Of a stretch of 64,000 nt of DNA, positions 38,593-47,338 are shown piece by piece; positions within the stretch are counted from its first letter, which is position 1, and each line of letters begins with the position of its first letter. The stretch is taken from contig JAWCQN010000001.1 of NCBI GenBank assembly GCA_038869755.1, positions 33,876 through 97,875 on the forward strand, given 5' to 3'. Origin of the DNA: Candidatus Pacearchaeota archaeon. Its GTDB lineage: Archaea > Nanobdellota > Nanobdellia > Pacearchaeales > GW2011-AR1. Position numbers and translations under genes: made by a program. The notes under the pieces were generated by a model. It saw only the letters and a program-made list of their open reading frames with translations. It ran no database searches and was not told the DNA's origin.

Positions 38593-39270
38593 TTAATCTT
38601 TGTATTTTTTATCAATTATATTAAATATCTCGGCTTTTTTTCCAATTATTCTTTTTAGTTCTTCATTTGACGAGTTAATTATGTTTCTTATTGTTTTCAG
38701 TTCTTTCAAAAGTTTTTTTGCCGATTTTGGGCCTATTCCCGGGAAGCCCTCCATTATATACTGGAGTTGTTCGTTTATATCCTTTGATTTTCTTTTTGCA
38801 TTTATACTAATTTCTTTGGATTTTTCTTCTTTCTTTGCAAGGACTTTCAGAAAACCTGCGCTGTCTTCGTAATCTTTGGTAAATATTATTGGAGTATTAT
38901 ATGTTAGTATTATTGTTAAAAGAAAGCCCCTTATCGCATTTCCATTGACACCACTTTTTGTGCCATAAATATCATCTTCTTCTATGCCTTCTATTATCAA
39001 CAGTTTTTTTTCTATGCTTTTCATTGATTCAAGCTGGTTAAGTAGCCTTTTATTAATCATTGAAGATATAAAATCTGAAACTGTTTTTCTTTCTATTACA
39101 ATGTTTTTTACTATATAATCTCCAACTTCAAGATTTTTGAATTCTATTTCTATTCCACTACTGGCTAATTCAGATGGGACAGGAGAATTTTTTTCTCTTG
39201 TATCAATTATTACTTTAGGTTTTTTTTCAACCATTTCTTTTTTCCTGTTAAATATATCTAAAAATGGCAT
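38593..39270 (-). CDS. ERCC4-type nuclease (XPF/Hef nuclease domain) with HhH2
   Basis: IIDTREKNS...GDY...ERKTVSDF (ERK motif), C-terminal GIGPKSAKKLLKEL helix-hairpin-helix. Confidence 0.8.
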   Translation of the reverse strand: MPFLDIFNRKKEMVEKKPKVIIDTREKNSPVPSELASSGIEIEFKNLEVGDYIVKNIVIERKTVSDFISSMINKRLLNQLESMKSIEKKLLIIEGIEEDDIYGTKSGVNGNAIRGFLLTIILTYNTPIIFTKDYEDSAGFLKVLAKKEEKSKEISINAKRKSKDINEQLQYIMEGFPGIGPKSAKKLLKELKTIRNIINSSNEELKRIIGKKAEIFNIIDKKYKD

Positions 39271-39372
39271 TTTCTTGATTTTTAATCAGATTTTCAGTTT
39301 TTTTCTTTTTTTATCTCAATATAGACAAAATCAAAAAGTATATATATAATTTTTCCTTAAAAATTTTGAATT

Positions 39373-40962
39373 TTAAAACAAAGTTTTTTGTTCATGATCT
39401 TCTTTATCTGGTTTTAGTTTATTGTTAGTTAAATTTTCTTTTATTTCATCTATTGCTTTGTGCATTTTTTTTTCTTTTGAAATTGATGCCCAGTAAAATG
39501 CCTCATCTCTTGTACCCTTTGTAATGAGCATAATCAATTCTCCGGGCATTAACCTTGCAGTTCTGCCAGCTCTTTGTATTTTTCTTATTGCTGAGGGAAC
39601 AGGTTCATAAAAAATAACTGCATTAACTTCTGGAATATCCAGTCCTTCTTCTCCTATTGAAGTTGCACACAATACATTAAATTTTTTATCTGAAAAATCT
39701 TTTATTATTTCTTGCTGTTCTTTCTGTGATAATCCTTTGTCTTTGCTATTTTTTTTAGTTTGCCCTACAAATACTTTTGCAATTACTCCAGATATTGAAT
39801 TTAGCTCTTTGCATATTTTTATTACGCTATCCCTATATTGTGTGAATACTATAATTTTTGCATTTTTATTTTTTTTAATTTTATTTTCTACTACAGATTT
39901 TAGCTTCAGTAATTTTGGATGCTCTACATTTTTCGAAACGAGTTCTTTTACGATTGTATTTGCCATGATGAAATTTGGATTTGTAACCAATTTTTTTACA
40001 GCCTTGCTTTTGTTTTTATCTGCTTGATCAATTAAATTATCCATGTAATTTGACAAGGTGAATATTGTTTGTGTTTCAATTAATTCTATGGCGTGTTGTA
40101 CTTTTAATGCTTGGGCACACGTTGAGATTAAATGGAACAATCCAAAATTTTTTGATCCGGTAGCCAAAGATTTCATCATTTTATTTTGACATTCCAATAA
40201 GGTTACTTTATTTGCTGGACCAACTAAAACATTTTTTTTCTTAAGACTCTCTATTTTCTCGTCATACATTTTTTTCAATAGTTCCCTTATTTCGCGGAAT
40301 TCTTTTGGAAATTCTATTTTTATTGTTTTATAATTCATTTTTTGAAGGTATTCTTTAACATCATCACTATCCCTTGTTCTTACTTCTACAGCTTCTATAG
40401 AAAGATTCTTACATATAACTTCTATGGATTTTTTATCAGTGCCAGGAGAAGCAGTTAAACCCAATACCCTTTTATTTGAATGACTTTCCAAATATTTTTT
40501 TGCTACATATGTATAAGAATAATTTTTTACACATCTATGGACTTCATCTTCTATAAGAAGGGAAACATTGTTTAAACTATATAACTGGTTTTTTAGGTCG
40601 TTAGCAATACACTGTGGTGTTGAAAATATTATATCTGATCTTTCCCATATTTTTTTTCTTTTTTCAGCCCGGATTTTTCCTGTAAATAACTCCATTTGCC
40701 CAAATAAGTCAGGGAGGTGTTTTTTAAAATAATTAAGATGTTGTTGTGCCAAAGGCCTTGTTGGCGCCAAGAACAGGATTTTTTCAGCAGGGAATTTTTG
40801 CATTCTGTCTATCGAGAGCATTAAGGCAATCAATGTTTTTCCCACGCCTGTTGGTAGTATAACAAGGCTGTTTTTATCTTTTATTTCTTCAAATATCTTT
40901 TTTTGATACTCTCTTGGTTTAATATTTAAGAGAAAATTTTCCACCATTTTTTGCTGGCACAC
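39373..40962 (-). CDS. hef: Hef/FANCM-like SF2 helicase (helicase portion only)
   Basis: Motif I LPTGVGKT, II DEVH, III LTASPG, VI QRAGRTAR. The nuclease partner is encoded by the next gene downstream. Confidence 0.8.
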   Translation of the reverse strand: MCQQKMVENFLLNIKPREYQKKIFEEIKDKNSLVILPTGVGKTLIALMLSIDRMQKFPAEKILFLAPTRPLAQQHLNYFKKHLPDLFGQMELFTGKIRAEKRKKIWERSDIIFSTPQCIANDLKNQLYSLNNVSLLIEDEVHRCVKNYSYTYVAKKYLESHSNKRVLGLTASPGTDKKSIEVICKNLSIEAVEVRTRDSDDVKEYLQKMNYKTIKIEFPKEFREIRELLKKMYDEKIESLKKKNVLVGPANKVTLLECQNKMMKSLATGSKNFGLFHLISTCAQALKVQHAIELIETQTIFTLSNYMDNLIDQADKNKSKAVKKLVTNPNFIMANTIVKELVSKNVEHPKLLKLKSVVENKIKKNKNAKIIVFTQYRDSVIKICKELNSISGVIAKVFVGQTKKNSKDKGLSQKEQQEIIKDFSDKKFNVLCATSIGEEGLDIPEVNAVIFYEPVPSAIRKIQRAGRTARLMPGELIMLITKGTRDEAFYWASISKEKKMHKAIDEIKENLTNNKLKPDKEDHEQKTLF

Positions 40963-41004
40963 AGAATACTTCTTTATATATAAGTCTATTCTTCTTAATT
41001 ATTC

Positions 41005-41649
41005 CTAAGGCAAGAACAAAACATAACTTAAAAATATTGATGTTATCACTGCTAATGTGAACCACACCACCCTATTACCAAAAAATATCTTTGTTCCATC
41101 AAGTGAGCCAAAAGGCAATAGCGAATATGCTGCATAGAATATACTCCACCTACCTAATAGTGAAAGATCTGCAAGGTAGGCAAAAACAGCTAACAATAAA
41201 TTAAATACTACTCCTGATGCTAAAATCATCCCTAAATTATTTTCTGTTAATTCTGTGAACCTGTAAATGCCATGTCTTTTGGAAGCACGGGCGCTTGTGC
41301 CTTCAGCATCTGACTCTAAGACAGCCATAAAAATAAAAAAGCCTTTTGTTATGAGCGCAATTATGGCAGAGAGCAAGATTCCTAAAGGAATAGGGGTGTT
41401 TAAATATTCATGTCTTTTAAATCCATATCTTTCCCACATCCAAATTTTAACATATAATTCAGATTCGAAATAATATGCAGATATTTTTTTTGTAAGAATG
41501 TTCCCCACCAGTATTATTGAGATAAAGATTAAAGATAGAAAAAGAGTTATATAGGTAAGAGTTTGGTTAAGTGCTTGGCCATATACAACAGCAAAAGTTA
41601 AAACAATTATTGCGAATAGTATATGGTAACTTTCTTCTTTTTTAATCAT
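41005..41649 (-). CDS. Hypothetical polytopic membrane protein
   Basis: About 6 TM helices. No motif recognised. Confidence 0.4.
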   Translation of the reverse strand: MIKKEESYHILFAIIVLTFAVVYGQALNQTLTYITLFLSLIFISIILVGNILTKKISAYYFESELYVKIWMWERYGFKRHEYLNTPIPLGILLSAIIALITKGFFIFMAVLESDAEGTSARASKRHGIYRFTELTENNLGMILASGVVFNLLLAVFAYLADLSLLGRWSIFYAAYSLLPFGSLDGTKIFFGNRVVWFTLAVITSIFLSYVLFLP

Positions 41650-41739
41650 TTACTTAAAAATTTTCTGTTTTTTATAAATGTTCTGTCATTTATTTTGAAG
41701 GATAGAAAAGTATATAAATGGCTGGTTTGTCAAATTCTT

Positions 41740-42024
41740 ATGTTGCAGATAAAAAAGATAAGTGACGTGATTGGAAAAAAAGTTTATACTGATGCAGGTA
41801 ATTTTTTTGGAGAAGTTGAGGAGGTTAATCTTGTAAATAATAAGGTTGATGGCTGGAGAATCAGGGTTGGTGGAAGAGTGAGTAATGTTTTTAGTGGTGC
41901 CAGAGGAGTAATCATTCCTCATAGTTATGTTAAGTCTGTAGGAGATGTTTTTATTATTAGCCAGATTGCAATGCCTTCCCAACATGAACTACCTGAGCTA
42001 TCTGAAGAATCTCTGTCAGCTTAA
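41740..42024 (+). CDS. PRC-barrel domain protein
   Basis: KISDVIGKKVYTDAGNFFGEVEEV......DGWRIRV... is PRC-barrel-like. Start set at the internal Met (ORF open from 41623). Confidence 0.6.
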   Translation: MLQIKKISDVIGKKVYTDAGNFFGEVEEVNLVNNKVDGWRIRVGGRVSNVFSGARGVIIPHSYVKSVGDVFIISQIAMPSQHELPELSEESLSA

Positions 42025-42032
42025 GAGGTGAA

Positions 42033-42539
42033 ATGGCTTTTGCAGAGAATATATTTATGAGTGATTTTGCAGTTTATATTATTTATCCATTCCTTCTTAT
42101 ATTTACTTTGATTTTTGCCATTCTGGAAAAATCAAAAATTTTGGGAGAGGATAAAAGACAGATCAATGCCATGGTGTCTCTTTCTATTGCTTTAATATTT
42201 GTTTCATTTTCATGGGCAACCGGGATTATTGTTGATTTAATACCTTTCCTTGCCGTATCTGTTGTCGTTTTACTGGTTTTTATGGTTTTGTTCGGATTTG
42301 TATCCAGTACAAAAGAGGAAGGATTGAAATTACCCGGCTGGTTAATTTGGAGCTTTTTTGTTTTAATAGTCCTTTTCATAGTTATAGTTTTACTTGTAAT
42401 TACAGGACAATGGGATTATGTTTATGGTTCTTTATTTATAGGAGGCCAGCCAACTAATTTAATGTCTAATATTTTTCTTCTTTTTATTATAGGTGCAGCC
42501 CTTGTTGTTGTGTTTTTATCAGGAAAAAAATCTAAATGA
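42033..42539 (+). CDS. Small polytopic membrane protein, paralog 1 of 3 in tandem
   Basis: 4-5 TM. It shares the IFA(I/V)L(E/A)K(S/T)KILGE motif with 43137-43610. Confidence 0.5.
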   Translation: MAFAENIFMSDFAVYIIYPFLLIFTLIFAILEKSKILGEDKRQINAMVSLSIALIFVSFSWATGIIVDLIPFLAVSVVVLLVFMVLFGFVSSTKEEGLKLPGWLIWSFFVLIVLFIVIVLLVITGQWDYVYGSLFIGGQPTNLMSNIFLLFIIGAALVVVFLSGKKSK

Positions 42540-42589
42540 AAATATTAATTATGCGAAAGGTATATAAATAATATTTATATTTTAATGAT

Positions 42590-43135
42590 ATGGCTTTACC
42601 AATAGGTGTGATTCTTCAGCAATGGGCAGATTTAGGAATTTTTTATTATGTTCTTCCATTCTTATTGGTGTTCGCCCTTGTTTATGCAATACTTTATAAA
42701 ATCAATATTATGGGTGGACAGGATGCAAGCGATAATCGTGGAGTTTATGCAATTATTGCTCTTGCTATTGCTTTGATGTCCCTTCAGTTTGATTTTGTTC
42801 CTGTATTTTTTCAGATACTTTTTCCAAAAGTCGGAGTTGGCCTTTCTATTATTTTAATGGCTATGATTTTGGTTGGCCTTTTTCTTGATTTCAGAAAAAG
42901 CCAGGGTTTGAATCTTGCCTTTCTTGGTGGAGCTGGAGTTATTGGGTTGGTTATTTTATTAACTACTTTTGAAAATTTTTCTTGGTGGACAGGAAGCTTT
43001 TGGCTTAATAGGGATAATCTTTCAGCTATTGTAGCAGGAATTATAATTGTGGTTTTGGTTTTAGTTATTGTAAATTCTGGAAAGACAACGGGGACAAATA
43101 TTTTTTATAGAGAGGTTCCTGGTAATGTGAGGTAA
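42590..43135 (+). CDS. Small polytopic membrane protein, paralog 2 of 3
   Basis: Same size and topology as its neighbours. Confidence 0.5.
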   Translation: MALPIGVILQQWADLGIFYYVLPFLLVFALVYAILYKINIMGGQDASDNRGVYAIIALAIALMSLQFDFVPVFFQILFPKVGVGLSIILMAMILVGLFLDFRKSQGLNLAFLGGAGVIGLVILLTTFENFSWWTGSFWLNRDNLSAIVAGIIIVVLVLVIVNSGKTTGTNIFYREVPGNVR

Positions 43136-43136
43136 A

Positions 43137-43610
43137 ATGGCAATTGATTTGACCTGGCTTTCATATTATGTTCCAATATTTGGATTTTTATTTGTTTCTA
43201 CCCTTATTTTTGCAGTACTTGCAAAAACGAAAATTCTTGGAGAAAGTCCTGCTGCTAATCTTTTAATAGCTTTTATTTTTGGCATAATTTTTGTTACATT
43301 TGTTCCAGGAGTAATTTACGTTCAGACAATAATTCCATGGTTTGTTATATTAATGATTTCACTTTTTTTCCTTCTAATGATTGTCGGGTTTTCTCAGAAA
43401 GAAATGGATAAATTTATGAAGCCTTGGATTGCATGGGTGTTTATAGGATTATTGGTTGTAATTTTTGTCTGGTCAGCTATTATTGTTTTTAATCCTTTTT
43501 TACAAAATTATGTTAATCGTATTTTATATTCACAGAGAGTTTATGGGGCATTATTATTATTTATAGTTGCACTTCTTGCTTCATGGGTTTTAACAAGAAG
43601 TAATAAGTAA
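43137..43610 (+). CDS. Small polytopic membrane protein, paralog 3 of 3
   Basis: FAVLAKTKILGES motif, 4-5 TM. Confidence 0.5.
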   Translation: MAIDLTWLSYYVPIFGFLFVSTLIFAVLAKTKILGESPAANLLIAFIFGIIFVTFVPGVIYVQTIIPWFVILMISLFFLLMIVGFSQKEMDKFMKPWIAWVFIGLLVVIFVWSAIIVFNPFLQNYVNRILYSQRVYGALLLFIVALLASWVLTRSNK

Positions 43611-43611
43611 A

Positions 43612-44439
43612 TTATTTTTTTCTTTTCCTTGTTTTCCTTTTATGGTGGGTTGAATGAACAGGATATGTAGTTTTTGTATTTTCTTGTTTTTCAATTTCCC
43701 TTGCTTTATCAACTAAAGGGTTTATTATTTTTCCAAAACCTCTTTGCATTTCAATCATTTCAGATTTTATATCTTCAATGTTCTGCTCCTGCTCCGTTGC
43801 CTTTCTTATAAGCATTAGCTGCAACTGGTCTATAATAGATTCAATTTTATTTAGTCTTTCATCTATTCTATCAACTTTTGCATCTATCAGTGTTTTAAAT
43901 TCTGTTAGTTCTTTAATTATTTTATTTGTTTTAACCATTTTTTCATCAAGAATTTGTGAGGCTATTTCACTCACAGTATCTGTGTTTGTTGCATAATACC
44001 CACCATAATTCTGTTCCCCATAACCTTGTGGATATCCTTGTTGATATTGGTCACCATATTCAATTTCATTTCCTTGAGGTTGCTCTCCATAACCTTGTGG
44101 ATATACTTGTGATTGCTCTCCATATCCTTGCTGGTTTCCATAAGGACTATACTCAGGCATGTAGGTTTGGTTTTCAGCTCCGTAATTATACTGGTCCTGT
44201 GCTTCTTGTGGTATTGGAGCCATCATTGATGGCTGCATTCCACTAATTTGCATGTCTTCATTCATTTCTTGAGGCATTTCTATTGGAGAGTTATTTATTA
44301 TTTCTTCCTTAATTTTTGATTGGGCAAGAGCGTCATTAATTTCTCTTGGTCTTATTCCCTGCTCCTGCAGTGTTTTTATAATATCTGAGTCATTATACCC
44401 TTGTTGTCTTAGCTGTTTGACCAAATCTATTGTTGCCAT
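43612..44439 (-). CDS. UBA-like N-terminal domain + Q/G/Y-rich low-complexity region + C-terminal coiled-coil protein
   Basis: DLVKQLRQQGYNDSDIIKTLQEQGIRPREINDAL (UBA-like), then about 100 aa of YGxQ/QGYGEQ repeats, then heptad coiled coil and a KRKTRKRKK tail. Start set at the internal Met (ORF open to 44517). Confidence 0.5.
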   Translation of the reverse strand: MATIDLVKQLRQQGYNDSDIIKTLQEQGIRPREINDALAQSKIKEEIINNSPIEMPQEMNEDMQISGMQPSMMAPIPQEAQDQYNYGAENQTYMPEYSPYGNQQGYGEQSQVYPQGYGEQPQGNEIEYGDQYQQGYPQGYGEQNYGGYYATNTDTVSEIASQILDEKMVKTNKIIKELTEFKTLIDAKVDRIDERLNKIESIIDQLQLMLIRKATEQEQNIEDIKSEMIEMQRGFGKIINPLVDKAREIEKQENTKTTYPVHSTHHKRKTRKRKK

Positions 44440-44443
44440 TTTC

Positions 44444-44857
44444 CTAAATTTTCCCGCTCCAGAATCCGGATTTATTTTCCGGTTCTTGTTTATGTGCTTT
44501 ATGGTGTATTTTTTCATCTATTACTTTTTCAACATCTTCAATCCTTACATATTTTAGTGGTTCAAACATTTTGTATTGCCTTGACAATATCGCCAATTCC
44601 TCTTTTCTTGCACTTTTTGAGACTTCATCAGATATTGTTTCAATTATGCTTTTCATCCTTTTAATGTCTGTTTTTAAATCCTGTATTTCTTTCTTTATTT
44701 CAATTATTTCTGAAGAGTTTTTTTCTTGAGATTCAATAAGGTTTTGTCCTATTAAGAAAATCCTTTCTTTCATTAGTTTTTGTCCCTCTTCCAAATCTCT
44801 CAGCTTTAATGCCAGCTCATAGGAAATATTGTCTTGAGAAATTTGATTTTGTACCAT
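44444..44857 (-). CDS. Coiled-coil protein
   Basis: 137 aa. Heptad-rich with no enzymatic motif. Co-directional with, and directly upstream of, the Q/G/Y-rich protein. Confidence 0.45.
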   Translation of the reverse strand: MVQNQISQDNISYELALKLRDLEEGQKLMKERIFLIGQNLIESQEKNSSEIIEIKKEIQDLKTDIKRMKSIIETISDEVSKSARKEELAILSRQYKMFEPLKYVRIEDVEKVIDEKIHHKAHKQEPENKSGFWSGKI

Positions 44858-45002
44858 TTTTTATCTATAATAATGGGTGAATGGGTTTAAAATACTTTGC
44901 TAATAATTTCCGGCAACCAAATCTTTAAATTACCAAAGCCTATAATTATTTAAGTAAGAATTTTTATAAATACAAAATAATTAATGAATATTAAGAAATA
45001 AA

Positions 45003-47270
45003 ATGATTTTTGAAAAAGGGGCTAAACTATACTCATATGAAGTTAGGAGAGAGTCTGGAGAAAATGTTGCTTATGTAAATTATCTTGGAGCACCATATAT
45101 TCCGAGCATTGCCAAGTCTCCTGAGATAATGGCAAGAGTTATTGATTTATTGATTGAATCTCCAAATATATCCCGGCTTGTGCTGGTCCAACAAAGGAAT
45201 TATAACTACAATTCTAATCAAATTAATTTATTGGCAGGGATTGCAAGCCTCTATACTTTTTTGATTAAACAAGAGAAAATTCTTTCTGTAGAAAAGATGA
45301 CTTCTGATCAAAAACTTGTTTCTCAAAGATATAATTTTATTAATTACTTTTTACAGATATTGAAAACAGATCCTGTATTGGCTTATAAAAAAATATTAAA
45401 TGCCCTTATTGAAGAGAAGGCTGCATCAAAGGCTGGACAGCCGGATAATACATATATGAGGTTGCTGGAAAAAGTATCTTCTTTGCTTGAAAAAACTGAT
45501 TTGATTCAGGAGGTTATTTCAGACATAGACTCAATTCCTTATGGAGATAGAAATATTTACGACGAATTTTTTTCTCCGGATATTGTTCCCAATTATGCTT
45601 TTGCAAGACTTGTCTCTAAACTTCCTGATAATTCAAAAATGGTTTCCCAATATGAAATCGGAAAAGGAAATGATAAATCTATTGTTACAATATTAAAAAA
45701 ACCAAATGAGCTTAAGTATTTATACCATATAATGCCTCCGGAATATTTCCTTAATGAAGACCATCAAATGCTTTTAAATCTTGCAAGGAATGTTCTTATT
45801 GAACACCAACCCAAAGCAGAAGAGTTTATTGATCCGGAAAGAACAAGACAGGTTTTTTTTAATGTTGCAAGGGATTTATTGAGCGAGTTGTCACAAAATA
45901 AAAATATCAACATTTCCTACAACGACTTAAATAAATTAGCATCTATTTTGGTAAGACATACAATAGGTTTTGGATTAATGGAAGTATTATTACATGACCA
46001 AAATCTTCAGGATATTGTTTTAAATGCACCTATAAGCTTAAATCCTATTTTTGTTAGACATGGGCTTTATGATGAGTGTTATACAAATATTTTACTTAGT
46101 CAGGAAGATGCAGACTCTTGGGCTGCTAAATTGAGGATGGTTTCCGGAAGGGCTTTGGACGAATCAAATCCCGTGCTTGATACTGATTTATCTCTGGAGC
46201 ATGCTCGGGCAAGAATTTCTGTTGTTCAAAAGCCACTATCTCCAAATGGGTTAGCATATGCTATCAGAAGACATAGGGATTACCCATGGACTTTGCCATT
46301 GTTTATTAAAAATAAGATGATTGATTCTTTTTCAGCAGGTCTATTAAGTTTTTTAATTGATGGTGCGAGAACAATATTAATAGCTGGAACAAGGTCAAGT
46401 GGAAAAACCTCTTTATTGGGCGCTTTAATGCTTGAAATGAAACCGAAATACAGGATGATTCTTGTAGAAGATACTTTAGAGCTGCCTGCAGATTATTTCA
46501 GGAAGCTTAGTTATGATGTGCTTAGTATGAAAGTCAGGTCTGCATTGTCTGAAACTACGAATGAAGTTTCTGCTGAAGATGGTATAAGGACAAGTTTGAG
46601 GTTAGGAGACTCGAGTTTAATAGTTGGTGAGATAAGAAGTTCTGAAGCTAAAGCATTATATGAAGCTATGCGTGTAGGAGCTTTAGCAAATGTTGTAGCA
46701 GGAACTGTCCATGGAAGCTCTCCATATAGTGTATTTGACAGGATAGTCAATGATTTGCAGGTTCCTATAACTTCATTTAAAGCTACTGATTTGATATTGG
46801 TTGCTAATCCTGTTAGGTCTCCTGATGGATTACACTCTTCAAGAAGGGTTATTCAACTCACGGAAGTCAGAAAACATTGGACTAAAGATCCTTTGGAAGA
46901 GGGAGGTTTTGTTGATTTGTTAAATTATAATGTTGAAAAAGATATTTTAGAGCCAAGTGACGATTTAATAAACGGAAATTCTGAAGTTATTAAGGCCATT
47001 GCTTCACAGGTCAGAGGTTGGGCTGGTGACTGGAATGCAGTTTATGATAATATTGTTTTGAGGGGAAAAATTAAACAGGAAATAGTTGAACTTGCCGAGA
47101 AGCTGAATAAACCAGAGTTGTTAGAAGCGGAATTTAGTTTATTGGCAAACAGTATTTTTTACGAAGTTTCAGATGAAATCTCAAAAACAATGGGTGTGCC
47201 GCATTCGTCTAAGGTTTTTCCGGAATGGAAGAAAAGGATAATGAAAGAAATAAAGATTTTTAACATTTAA
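45003..47270 (+). CDS. Type IV pilus/archaellum-type secretion ATPase (FlaI/TadA/VirB11 family)
   Basis: Walker A AGTRSSGKTS, Walker B RMILVEDT, Asp/His boxes (VGEIRSSEA, GTVHGSS). Long N-terminal extension. Confidence 0.8.
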   Translation: MIFEKGAKLYSYEVRRESGENVAYVNYLGAPYIPSIAKSPEIMARVIDLLIESPNISRLVLVQQRNYNYNSNQINLLAGIASLYTFLIKQEKILSVEKMTSDQKLVSQRYNFINYFLQILKTDPVLAYKKILNALIEEKAASKAGQPDNTYMRLLEKVSSLLEKTDLIQEVISDIDSIPYGDRNIYDEFFSPDIVPNYAFARLVSKLPDNSKMVSQYEIGKGNDKSIVTILKKPNELKYLYHIMPPEYFLNEDHQMLLNLARNVLIEHQPKAEEFIDPERTRQVFFNVARDLLSELSQNKNINISYNDLNKLASILVRHTIGFGLMEVLLHDQNLQDIVLNAPISLNPIFVRHGLYDECYTNILLSQEDADSWAAKLRMVSGRALDESNPVLDTDLSLEHARARISVVQKPLSPNGLAYAIRRHRDYPWTLPLFIKNKMIDSFSAGLLSFLIDGARTILIAGTRSSGKTSLLGALMLEMKPKYRMILVEDTLELPADYFRKLSYDVLSMKVRSALSETTNEVSAEDGIRTSLRLGDSSLIVGEIRSSEAKALYEAMRVGALANVVAGTVHGSSPYSVFDRIVNDLQVPITSFKATDLILVANPVRSPDGLHSSRRVIQLTEVRKHWTKDPLEEGGFVDLLNYNVEKDILEPSDDLINGNSEVIKAIASQVRGWAGDWNAVYDNIVLRGKIKQEIVELAEKLNKPELLEAEFSLLANSIFYEVSDEISKTMGVPHSSKVFPEWKKRIMKEIKIFNI

Positions 47271-47338
47271 TGAAAACAATACTTTTATTAACAATTTTTT
47301 CTTCATAATTTTAAAAATACAGGGATAAAAAAAGGTGT

